DNA from: a virus
Taxonomy: Duplodnaviria > Caudoviricetes
IMG/VR virus record: IMGVR_UViG_3300048026_000602
Coordinates: 1 to 36,712 of that record
DNA: 36,712 nt
Reading direction: 5' to 3' (one strand)
Positions within the stretch are counted from its first letter, which is position 1; every line of letters starts with the position of its first letter. The notes beneath the pieces are model-generated. The model did not search any database and was not told where the DNA came from. It was given only the letters and a program-made list of their open reading frames with translations. Both the position numbers and the translations under genes were made by a program. Positions 1 through 6,829 of the stretch are shown one piece after another.

Positions 1-375
1 CTCTAATTTATTATTATCAGAAATTTGCATAAATACTTTTGTAAGTACGTCTGCTGTTTCCTGCATACCCGAACCCCTAGGTTTAAATCTTATATCGGCT
101 CTTCTGGTACTTTGTTCACCTATGACAGTGTTAACAGTTGGTAAAATAGTATTAATTGTAAGGGCAGGTCTGCCTTGTTCATCTAAAGTTGCAACATCGC
201 CCGCGTCCCACTGTTCGCCCCTATAAAACGCGTCGCATTGTTTTGCAATCTCTATATAGTCTGTATGGCCATGGTCTCTGGCTCGGGTATAAGCTTCCCA
301 CTGTCGCTTTGCAATGTTTAACTGCTCAGCTTCGTTTAGCTTTTTTTTCGGTTTATCGTTCTTATATTTTGCCAT
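1..375 (-). CDS. Portal protein, P22-like (N-terminal part; runs off window)
   Basis: Hand translation from the ATG overlapping the terL stop: MAKYKNDKPKKK...CDAFYRGEQWDAGD...GRPALTINTILPTVNTVIGEQ, resembling the P22-type portal G.QW..RP.LTIN signature; directly follows terL. Not in ORF track. Confidence 0.85.
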   Translation of the reverse strand, partial: MAKYKNDKPKKKLNEAEQLNIAKRQWEAYTRARDHGHTDYIEIAKQCDAFYRGEQWDAGDVATLDEQGRPALTINTILPTVNTVIGEQSTRRADIRFKPRGSGMQETADVLTKVFMQISDNNKLE

Positions 376-2024
376 TAAGCGCTCATCGATGATTTATTTC
401 TAACACCTTTTGACAGGTTTTTTAACCTATCCCTCCAAGACGGTTCGTGCTCCGGTGCTTCATAGAACGTAGCAAATTCCGTCATCATAAGACCAATCCA
501 CGCCAAAGCGTCCACTTGGTCATCATGCGTACCATTTGGAAAACGCAAAAGTTCAGCGACCAACGGACCAGACCAGACTGCATCCTTCGGAAAGTATACC
601 ATACCTTGTTGCATTCTACCTTGTATTGCACGAGCTCTTGCTTCTTTATCACGTCTTCCTACTTTTAGGTCTTTAAAGTATGCCTCATTTAGTCTTCTTT
701 CTCGAGTACGTTTTTCGAGGAACGGACCAAGAGCCATTTCTATATGACCTCTTTCAATTCCAACTATGCCAGGTCTCCACTGCTCGTAAAAATCTAATAT
801 TTTTTCTACAAGCTCAAACCCATCGTACTTACCACGAATTAAATCAACTACAAAAAGTTGATCATATTCATCGACGCCGACAACAATGCCAACTGAATAA
901 TCGTTTCGGTCACGTTGGCCGATAGCCAAGTCCCACGCACAATAATATCTAAGTTTATCATAGTCTACTTCATCCGGCTCATAATACCTAATCATATCTC
1001 GAGAAAAATAATCACCTTCATCGGATACTGGGTTCTGTTGATACAAAGCGGACCAGTCCCGTGGACCGATGGCCTTGCGTATTTGTTCAAGAGCGTCGGC
1101 ATTATACCGTTCTGGATGAAGCGCGTCACCTTCTTTTCTAAAAGGCTCATCTGTTTCTGCAATAGCTGGATACTTTACAACTTCCCACTGATCCGCTCCT
1201 TGTTCAGCAAACCTTAACAACTTACCTGCTAAATCGTCGTCGTGCCACCTAGTAAGAATAACTAACACACCGCCCCCGGGTGATAACCTGGTGTAAGCAG
1301 TTGAAGTATACCAGTCCCAAGTTTGTTCTCTATTGTTTTCTGACTCTGCATCTTCACGGTTTTTTACCGGGTCATCGATCAGTAAAACGTGTGCACCTTT
1401 ACCAGTAATACCACCACCAACACCAGCGGCTACATAACCACCACCTTCGTCCGTGTTCCACGATTCTACTGACTGAGAATCTTTGTTTAGTCTAGTTTTT
1501 TCAAAGATATTTTTGTATACTGGTTCTCTTAATAACTGACGCACTTTTCTTGAAAAATTCATCGCCAAACTCCCCGAGTAGGAGCAGCTAATGAATTCAT
1601 GATCAGGGTGTCTACCTAGGTGCCAAGCAGGAAAGGCAATACTGGCTAAAGTAGATTTACCGTGTCTAGGTGGCATAAAAAGCATCAATCTTGGTGACTC
1701 CTTATTTGCTACTTGTTCACTAAATCTTTCTAACCTTTGACATATATCTTTATGCACCCAACCGGCATGGTACTCAGGACTAGTTCTTTCAACAAATGGT
1801 AAAAGACGTTTTCGACATAATACGCGTTTCGCTAATTCTTTCTCTGCTCTTTTTTGCGCGGACAACTGTTTTTTTGTCTCTTGAGACTGAGCCTCTTGCT
1901 TCTGGGGGGCAGCGACTTGTTCAGCTTCGTCCGCTCGACAATAGACGCATATTCCCTCTTTAAGTATTAAAGTATCTGGATATAGCCCTTTGCATTTATT
2001 ACATTCAATCTTCTGAATTTCCAT
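375..2024 (-). CDS. terL: Terminase large subunit
   Basis: Walker A MPPRHGKS, GVGGGITGKG motif, Walker B LLIDDP, nuclease AWDLA...DYS and HDDQVDA; N-terminal CxxC...CxxC extension. Confidence 0.95.
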   Translation of the reverse strand: MEIQKIECNKCKGLYPDTLILKEGICVYCRADEAEQVAAPQKQEAQSQETKKQLSAQKRAEKELAKRVLCRKRLLPFVERTSPEYHAGWVHKDICQRLERFSEQVANKESPRLMLFMPPRHGKSTLASIAFPAWHLGRHPDHEFISCSYSGSLAMNFSRKVRQLLREPVYKNIFEKTRLNKDSQSVESWNTDEGGGYVAAGVGGGITGKGAHVLLIDDPVKNREDAESENNREQTWDWYTSTAYTRLSPGGGVLVILTRWHDDDLAGKLLRFAEQGADQWEVVKYPAIAETDEPFRKEGDALHPERYNADALEQIRKAIGPRDWSALYQQNPVSDEGDYFSRDMIRYYEPDEVDYDKLRYYCAWDLAIGQRDRNDYSVGIVVGVDEYDQLFVVDLIRGKYDGFELVEKILDFYEQWRPGIVGIERGHIEMALGPFLEKRTRERRLNEAYFKDLKVGRRDKEARARAIQGRMQQGMVYFPKDAVWSGPLVAELLRFPNGTHDDQVDALAWIGLMMTEFATFYEAPEHEPSWRDRLKNLSKGVRNKSSMSA

Positions 2025-2529
2025 TCGGCTCCAAGTATTTTGTATCTGCTCCAGCTAGTTTTAAAAGTTCAGCATCGGAAAGTTTTTCTAACTGTTGCAC
2101 CTTTTCAACATTAATATTTATTTGAGTCGCATTCTCTGGGGCAAATAGACCGTGGAGCTTGCACAACGAATCGACAACATTTTTTTCTTCAGTTGCGTTC
2201 GCAGATTTTCTGTGAGCTTCCAAATACATATTAGTAGCAGCCGTTCTATCAAACTTAACTTCTTCTACCATTTGACCGCGTAGATAGGACAGAGCTTGTT
2301 GCATATTTGGCTTTTTAAACAGACTATATACATGGCTCATATCAGAGTACCCCGCTGCTCGACCGGCGGCCGCTTTACTCATACCACGAAGATGGAACAA
2401 AATTAATCTTTCTTCTTGAACAGACAGCTCCCCCAGGTGGACACCTGCATATGGGAAATGGGATTGTAACTCCGCTCTATCCCCCTCTGTAATTATAGTA
2501 GCTTCTTCTTTTTCTTTTAGTAAAGACAT
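2005..2529 (-). CDS. terS: Probable terminase small subunit
   Basis: Overlaps terL start; HTH-like AAAGRAAGYS segment; C-terminal ININV...LSDAEL tail typical of TerS. Confidence 0.7.
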   Translation of the reverse strand: MSLLKEKEEATIITEGDRAELQSHFPYAGVHLGELSVQEERLILFHLRGMSKAAAGRAAGYSDMSHVYSLFKKPNMQQALSYLRGQMVEEVKFDRTAATNMYLEAHRKSANATEEKNVVDSLCKLHGLFAPENATQININVEKVQQLEKLSDAELLKLAGADTKYLEPNGNSED

Positions 2530-2537
2530 ATGTTCGA

Positions 2538-2567
2538 ATTATATTAAAAATCTTCCTTAGTTGTCAC
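2538..2567 (-). promoter_or_regulatory. Putative sigma70 promoter giving a near-leaderless terS mRNA
   Basis: GTGACA-N18-TATAAT on the minus strand; -10 ends 8 nt before the ATG; no SD upstream of the ATG. Confidence 0.4.
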
Positions 2568-3029
2568 TATATTCTTGCACCACCAATATAACTCATGATC
2601 AGTTAGTACATGTTTCATGATGTTAACACGATAACATACAAGTTGGATATTAATTCGTTCATAACGGCCCGAGGGTGAAATCCTATCGATACTCACATTA
2701 TAGTCTGAATACCCTTCGCCCTTTTGCCACGTCATGAAGTTCCCGGACAACGCACAACGGCCGAGTTGCTCTTCCCAGATTTCGTATAAGTCTCCACTTG
2801 TTAGGTTTTCATCCCAGTCACACTTTTGCTTTTTTCTTTTAGATTTTAAACTGTTAAAGAGTTGTCCAAGGAATGTGTGTAAATTAGCGCTGCTTTTTAT
2901 TTGCCTGTCTTTGACAACACATGCTTTGCAAATGTTTCGGGGATAGGGCTTTCCAGAGTTGGGTTTCTCCGTAGAAAAGTTAGGTAGCGGTAGATCTTTT
3001 TTACATCTATCGCATACTTTTTTTGCCAT
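2544..3029 (-). CDS. Zn-finger HNH-like endonuclease
   Basis: CxxC...CxxC, CALSG, SIDRI...Y...NIQLVCYRVNIMK (beta-beta-alpha-Me type motif). Confidence 0.75.
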   Translation of the reverse strand: MAKKVCDRCKKDLPLPNFSTEKPNSGKPYPRNICKACVVKDRQIKSSANLHTFLGQLFNSLKSKRKKQKCDWDENLTSGDLYEIWEEQLGRCALSGNFMTWQKGEGYSDYNVSIDRISPSGRYERINIQLVCYRVNIMKHVLTDHELYWWCKNIVTTKEDF

Positions 3030-3061
3030 AAATTTTTTGTGAAAATTTTTTTTATAAAAAC

Positions 3062-3072
3062 ACTATACCATA
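3062..3072 (-). promoter_or_regulatory. Putative extended -10 promoter for the packaging block
   Basis: TATGGTATAGT (TGn-TATAGT) about 33 nt upstream of the HNH start; no clear -35. Confidence 0.4.
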
Positions 3073-3096
3073 TCGCTCATTCATCTTCTCCTCCCC

Positions 3097-3109
3097 CGCT
3101 GTCAGCGAC
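3097..3109. promoter_or_regulatory. Palindromic site CGCTG-T-CAGCG, copy 1
   Basis: Exact 13-bp reverse complement of 4253-4265; embedded in C-runs. Confidence 0.5.
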
Positions 3110-3130
3110 CCCCCTTCCCCGATTTACAAT

Positions 3131-3170
3131 TTGGAACCTTGTTTCATATTATACGACCTTGGAACCTTGT
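3131..3170 (+). repeat. Direct repeat TTGGAACCTTGT x2
   Basis: Copies at 3131-3142 and 3159-3170; inverted partial copy (CAAGGTTC) at 3514-3521. Confidence 0.7.
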
Positions 3171-3227
3171 CCAAAAGCAGACGGACTGGGTCCGACTGTT
3201 ATGTGTCACTGAGTGTTATTAACTTTA
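3164..3227 (+). promoter_or_regulatory. Hairpin-containing early promoter-like element, copy 1
   Basis: ACCTTGTCCAAAAG + CAG-A-CGGAC[TGG]GTCCG-A-CTG + TTATGTGT + GTGTTATTAACTTTA, followed by SD and ATG. Confidence 0.6.
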
Positions 3228-3239
3228 TAGGAGATTATT

Positions 3240-3512
3240 ATGAACAAACGATGGAAACTAAAAGACGATGTAACTGCAGAGCTTTATACATTCTCATCTG
3301 GTCAGCATAAGTACTGCACAGTTAAAGTGCGAATAGTCTGGTCTAAGAAACTAGGGCTAGAGTTGAAGCATGACTTCGGTCAAGGTCAAGAAGCTGTGAA
3401 CAAAGCTTCCAAAGTAATTGATGCTATTAACAAAGCTGGAAGCATCGACCCATCTTTATGGAACAGCGATTTCTATCCACATAAACACTATACAGAATCA
3501 TGTGGAGATTAA
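3240..3512 (+). CDS. Hypothetical early protein
   Basis: 90 aa ORF with AGGAG SD, after element 1. Confidence 0.75.
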   Translation: MNKRWKLKDDVTAELYTFSSGQHKYCTVKVRIVWSKKLGLELKHDFGQGQEAVNKASKVIDAINKAGSIDPSLWNSDFYPHKHYTESCGD

Positions 3513-3527
3513 CCAAGGTTCAGGTTC

Positions 3528-3589
3528 ACCTTTCAAAGCAACCTCGACGGGGCTCGGTTGATACGAGTCCTGTTGTGTTATTAACTTTA
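3528..3589 (+). promoter_or_regulatory. Hairpin-containing early promoter-like element, copy 2
   Basis: ACCTTTCAAAG + CAACC..C[GGG]G..GGTTG (imperfect stem) + ATACGAGT + GTGTTATTAACTTTA (15 bp identical to copy 1). Confidence 0.55.
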
Positions 3590-3611
3590 GTCTAAACCAT
3601 AGGAGGTACAT

Positions 3612-3827
3612 ATGACTACATTATATACAGTAAAAGTAAAACGCCCATTCACTAAGAAGGATGAGCACGGCGAGATGGTCGAGCAAGCAGGCTGGACTGA
3701 CCTCGGCATAGCTAACAACGGAGGCAAAGGTATTACAGTATATCCTAACTTCCAACCGTTAGTCGTCAACGGAAAGGTAGAACCTATCTACTTATTTCCA
3801 ATTGAGAAAAAGAAGGAGGCTTCATAA
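3612..3827 (+). CDS. Small beta-rich early protein (possibly nucleic-acid binding)
   Basis: AGGAGG SD; W.DLG.A...G...P pattern reminiscent of small phage beta-strand proteins. Confidence 0.7.
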   Translation: MTTLYTVKVKRPFTKKDEHGEMVEQAGWTDLGIANNGGKGITVYPNFQPLVVNGKVEPIYLFPIEKKKEAS

Positions 3828-4030
3828 TGGCTAAGCAATTAGAACTCCCATTCGGTAGAACAACACCTAAGACAACAGTCTTGGGTGTTACACGTTCAGC
3901 GATTAGTCTTACAGCAAAAGCTAGTGGACTAACACTAAGAGGTATCGGCAAGCTCATGGCTTATGGTCACGATGCAATCGATGAAGTTGGTAAAGGATAT
4001 GTTAACAAAAGGAATAAACCTAATGGATAA
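3827..4030 (+). CDS. Hypothetical early protein
   Basis: AGGAGG SD; translational coupling (TAATG). Confidence 0.7.
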   Translation: MAKQLELPFGRTTPKTTVLGVTRSAISLTAKASGLTLRGIGKLMAYGHDAIDEVGKGYVNKRNKPNG

Positions 4031-4199
4031 CATGGATAAACTACTACGAGGGCTTTCATTAGTCCTCGCTTCTTTCTTAATCTTCTATTCAATTAAAACT
4101 ATAGGCACTGGATATCATGTATCCATTGTCCACGGTTCATCTTTATTAATCTCCGGAATGTTCATTCCAACTCTACTCAAACATTACTTCGAACAGTAA
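4023..4199 (+). CDS. Small membrane protein (about 2 TM segments)
   Basis: Start moved to ATG 4023 (AAGGA upstream); two hydrophobic stretches. Confidence 0.6.
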   Translation: MDNMDKLLRGLSLVLASFLIFYSIKTIGTGYHVSIVHGSSLLISGMFIPTLLKHYFEQ

Positions 4200-4218
4200 C
4201 TACTATCACTACTATCAT

Positions 4219-4240
4219 ACCCCCGCAATGGGGGTTTTTT
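4219..4240 (+). terminator. Rho-independent terminator
   Basis: ACCCCC-GCAAT-GGGGGT followed by a T-run. Confidence 0.85.
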
Positions 4241-4252
4241 ATTAAATAGTTT

Positions 4253-4265
4253 GTCGCTGACAGCG
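4253..4265. promoter_or_regulatory. Palindromic site CGCTG-A-CAGCG, copy 2
   Basis: Reverse complement of 3097-3109; lies just before the TGTWACA array. Confidence 0.5.
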
Positions 4266-4293
4266 AATCTAGTATGCCAATCGGTGAAAAATC

Positions 4294-4610
4294 TGTTACA
4301 GATGTTACACGTAATAATCCCCTTCTGTAACATACCCCTGTAACATAGTTTTCGCCAGTAGTAGCAAGGGTTTGCGACTCGTCACTATCTGAAGTGTTAC
4401 AGTGTTACAGCAAAACCAAGTTAGAAGTTGTACTAGTACTGACCGTGGACCTTTGTTCTAGGTTTAAGTTACTTTTTTACTGTAACATGTAACATTATAC
4501 TCAGAAACCTTACAACCACGCACCTTTCAGACTGTTACACTACTCAAAAATCATCTGTAACAGCTGTAACATCTGCTCTGAAACCCGCATTCTTACGTTC
4601 CTCTGTTACA
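4294..4610. repeat. Array of 12 TGTWACA heptamers; candidate replication origin (iterons)
   Basis: TGTTACA at 4294, 4303, 4395, 4403, 4533, 4604; TGTAACA at 4326, 4339, 4481, 4488, 4556, 4565; non-coding DNA. Confidence 0.8.
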
Positions 4611-4612
4611 GT

Positions 4613-4672
4613 ACCCTGTCAAAATCACGCCCTCGGGGAGGTCGTGTTATGAGTATTTTGGTGTATTTAATC
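4613..4672 (+). promoter_or_regulatory. Hairpin-containing early promoter-like element, copy 3
   Basis: ACCCTGTCAAAAT + CACG-C-CCTC[GGG]GAGG-T-CGTG + TTATGAGT + GTGTATTTAA, same spacing as copy 1. Confidence 0.6.
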
Positions 4673-4697
4673 ATATATTACATATAAGGAGGTTATT

Positions 4698-4814
4698 ATG
4701 AGTGAAGTACATGTACCCGAGTGGGTTCTCAAAAACGCGGAGGAAGAAGAAATTCGTTCGCGAGCAAAAGGTGACGTAATTTTGGCTTTAATCAAGGAGG
4801 TATACCATGGCTAA
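4698..4814 (+). CDS. 38-aa hypothetical protein
   Basis: Hand translation MSEVHVPEWVLKNAEEEEIRSRAKGDVILALIKEVYHG; TAAGGAGG SD; overlaps next gene. Confidence 0.7.
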   Translation: MSEVHVPEWVLKNAEEEEIRSRAKGDVILALIKEVYHG

Positions 4815-5568
4815 GAATATCGATATATTTGACCCTGCTGACCAAGAAATTGGTCCAGAGTTAGTAAACGCAATTGAAACAGATGAGTCTATGTTCATTG
4901 CAGACACAAACGGCGATCCAGAAGGCTCTGAAAAGAGATCTACTCCGGATGCAATACAACTACCAGACTATTTCTACAAGAAATACAGTTTGGACGTTGA
5001 TAACAAACCAACCTTCAATAAATCTCGTGTAGTCGGGATGATGAAGATATTCGACGCAAAGAAAGGAACACCAATTGCTTTCTTAGGCGACGATGAAGAA
5101 AAACAAGCCAAGGAACAAGAGTTGTTTGATACTCAAGTTCAACAGGTAGTAGACGGTCTAATGCCACTGCTCGAAGTTGACCCGCAGACAACTGGCATCA
5201 ACTTTCTACAGTTGACCACTAGAACCTGGGCTGAGTTTGTAGCTATTGCATATGAGTACAAGGAAGACGCTGAAGGATCTAATCCTAAAGATGCACTACC
5301 AACGTGGCTCATCGAACGTGAAGATAAAATGTTCGACCTCGGTAGGAAAGCAAGGATGTTGTCAGCAGCTGTAGATAAAGCTGATACTCACTTTGGTCTT
5401 TCGAAAACTAATCTTGACTCTAACAGAGTTAGAACAGAGATTGAACGCAGGCTTCAAAGACTAGCTGAATGGAACTACAACAACGTAGTAGATAAATCTA
5501 TCAAGGTAGCAATTGACCTGAACAAGCAGACTAAAGAGCATACAAAGAGTATGTTTGATCTGGCTTAA
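4807..5568 (+). CDS. Hypothetical helical protein with acidic N-terminus
   Basis: 253 aa ORF, AAGGAGG SD; no recognised motif. Confidence 0.85.
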   Translation: MAKNIDIFDPADQEIGPELVNAIETDESMFIADTNGDPEGSEKRSTPDAIQLPDYFYKKYSLDVDNKPTFNKSRVVGMMKIFDAKKGTPIAFLGDDEEKQAKEQELFDTQVQQVVDGLMPLLEVDPQTTGINFLQLTTRTWAEFVAIAYEYKEDAEGSNPKDALPTWLIEREDKMFDLGRKARMLSAAVDKADTHFGLSKTNLDSNRVRTEIERRLQRLAEWNYNNVVDKSIKVAIDLNKQTKEHTKSMFDLA

Positions 5569-5733
5569 TACCTAGTGAGTTATTCATCAAACTCGTCTTA
5601 AAGTGTAACTAGGTATTATGGTCATTCCGAGGACCTACTAAAGCTCGGGACGGTGGTTACGGAAAGCTCGCGCGGAGATGAAAAGCTTCGCACTAAGGCT
5701 AGATTGCTCCCTAAAAGTATCTAGCCTTTTTTT
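5566..5733 (+). ncRNA. Candidate structured RNA (attenuator or sRNA)
   Basis: 11-bp perfect stem, inner hairpin, H-type pseudoknot, further hairpin and terminator, all folded by eye. Confidence 0.45.
5695..5733 (+). terminator. Rho-independent terminator
   Basis: AAGGCTAGAT/ATCTAGCCTT 10-bp stem followed by a T-run. Confidence 0.8.
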
Positions 5734-5762
5734 ATGTCAACCATTAATTACAGGAGGTAAAT

Positions 5763-6317
5763 ATGGGAATGGATGTATACGGAGAAAATCCAAAACTAAT
5801 ATCTGCAAGACCGGTACAACCGGACTTTGGAGATGCTACACAAGAAGAAAAAGATCAATACTTTAATGATCTAGAAGAATTCGAAAGGACTAATGTAGGT
5901 TACTACTTTAGAAACAACGTATGGTGGTGGCGTCCTTTATGGATGTATGTAGCCGACGTTTGCTCGGATGTCCTCTCGGAAGAAGATGTAGAAGCAGGTC
6001 ATACAAATAGTGGCTATTTAATTGATGAAGAACAAGCCGAAAAGATAGCTCAAATACTTCAACGCGAGTTAATTTTGGGTAATACACTTGAGTACCAAAA
6101 AGAGTACCAAGACGAATTAGATAACTTAGAACAAGTAGATTGTGACCTTTGCAATACTACAGGTATACGAAATGATAAGTATGTACAAGGGCAATGTAAT
6201 GGTTGCGCTGGTACAGGTAAAAAAGATTCTTTTGCTAAGTCATATCCATTTGATGCTGAAAACGTTCAAGAGTTTCAAAGATTCGTACAAGCCAGCGGGG
6301 GGTTTAGAGTATGTTAA
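5763..6317 (+). CDS. Phage protein with DnaJ-type Zn-finger insert
   Basis: MGMDVY...YFRNNVWWWRPLW core plus CDLCNTTG...CNGCAGTG. Confidence 0.8.
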   Translation: MGMDVYGENPKLISARPVQPDFGDATQEEKDQYFNDLEEFERTNVGYYFRNNVWWWRPLWMYVADVCSDVLSEEDVEAGHTNSGYLIDEEQAEKIAQILQRELILGNTLEYQKEYQDELDNLEQVDCDLCNTTGIRNDKYVQGQCNGCAGTGKKDSFAKSYPFDAENVQEFQRFVQASGGFRVC

Positions 6318-6643
6318 TAACAAAGTTTCATTTACGTCTTTCAACTGATTATCATGACACGACGGACCGTGATCCGAAGGACGTAAGCGAAGAAGCAATG
6401 GGCTGGGAATGTGAAGTAATGCCAAATCTCGGTGACCAAGTCACAGATTTAGAAGCGTTAAATCACCAGCTTATTGGTTGTATCGAGGCGTATCGTGGTT
6501 CTATGACACACACTGAACCTAATGCGCCTTTGTACGTTGGTATTTGGTTTGAATCAAATGCCGAAGACGGTGAGTTTGAAATCGTGTTCGAACCAGATAA
6601 GAAACCACATTTAACTGTCATTCAAGGAGGTAAAAATGATTAA
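6311..6643 (+). CDS. Hypothetical acidic protein
   Basis: Overlaps both neighbours in a coupled operon. Confidence 0.7.
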   Translation: MLITKFHLRLSTDYHDTTDRDPKDVSEEAMGWECEVMPNLGDQVTDLEALNHQLIGCIEAYRGSMTHTEPNAPLYVGIWFESNAEDGEFEIVFEPDKKPHLTVIQGGKND

Positions 6644-6824
6644 ATGGAGGTCTACATTTGTAGACAAAACTAACCCACATCAGCAGATAACTATTGAGTT
6701 TGACGCACCAAAGTATAACAGCGGGTTTAATTACAAGCTGTTAGCAAAACTTGCTTTTGTTAAGAAATTAACTTTTAACGAGCAAATTAAAGTAACCAAT
6801 GTAGAACCAATCGAAAGGAGGTAA
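6636..6824 (+). CDS. Hypothetical protein
   Basis: AGGAGG SD; coupled. Confidence 0.7.
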   Translation: MIKWRSTFVDKTNPHQQITIEFDAPKYNSGFNYKLLAKLAFVKKLTFNEQIKVTNVEPIERR

Positions 6825-6829
6825 AGTTC

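Noticed and set aside
189-1217. Plus-strand ORFs opposite portal/terL, and similar antisense ORFs over polA, primase and tail genes
   Set aside because: Shadows of well-supported genes on the other strand, with no recognisable motifs.
4294-4610. CRISPR or mini-array interpretation of the TGTWACA repeats
   Set aside because: Units are 7 bp, in both orientations and irregularly spaced; the only Cas-like gene is a stand-alone Cas4-like replication nuclease.
5566-5733. tRNA, tmRNA, hammerhead, HDV-like ribozyme or SAM-II/V identity
   Set aside because: Diagnostic consensus motifs (T-loop/CCA, CUGAUGA-GAAA core, HDV nested pseudoknot, SAM-II/V core) not found by eye.
5678-5866. 62-aa ORF
   Set aside because: Crosses the terminator and overlaps the better-supported 5763 gene out of frame.
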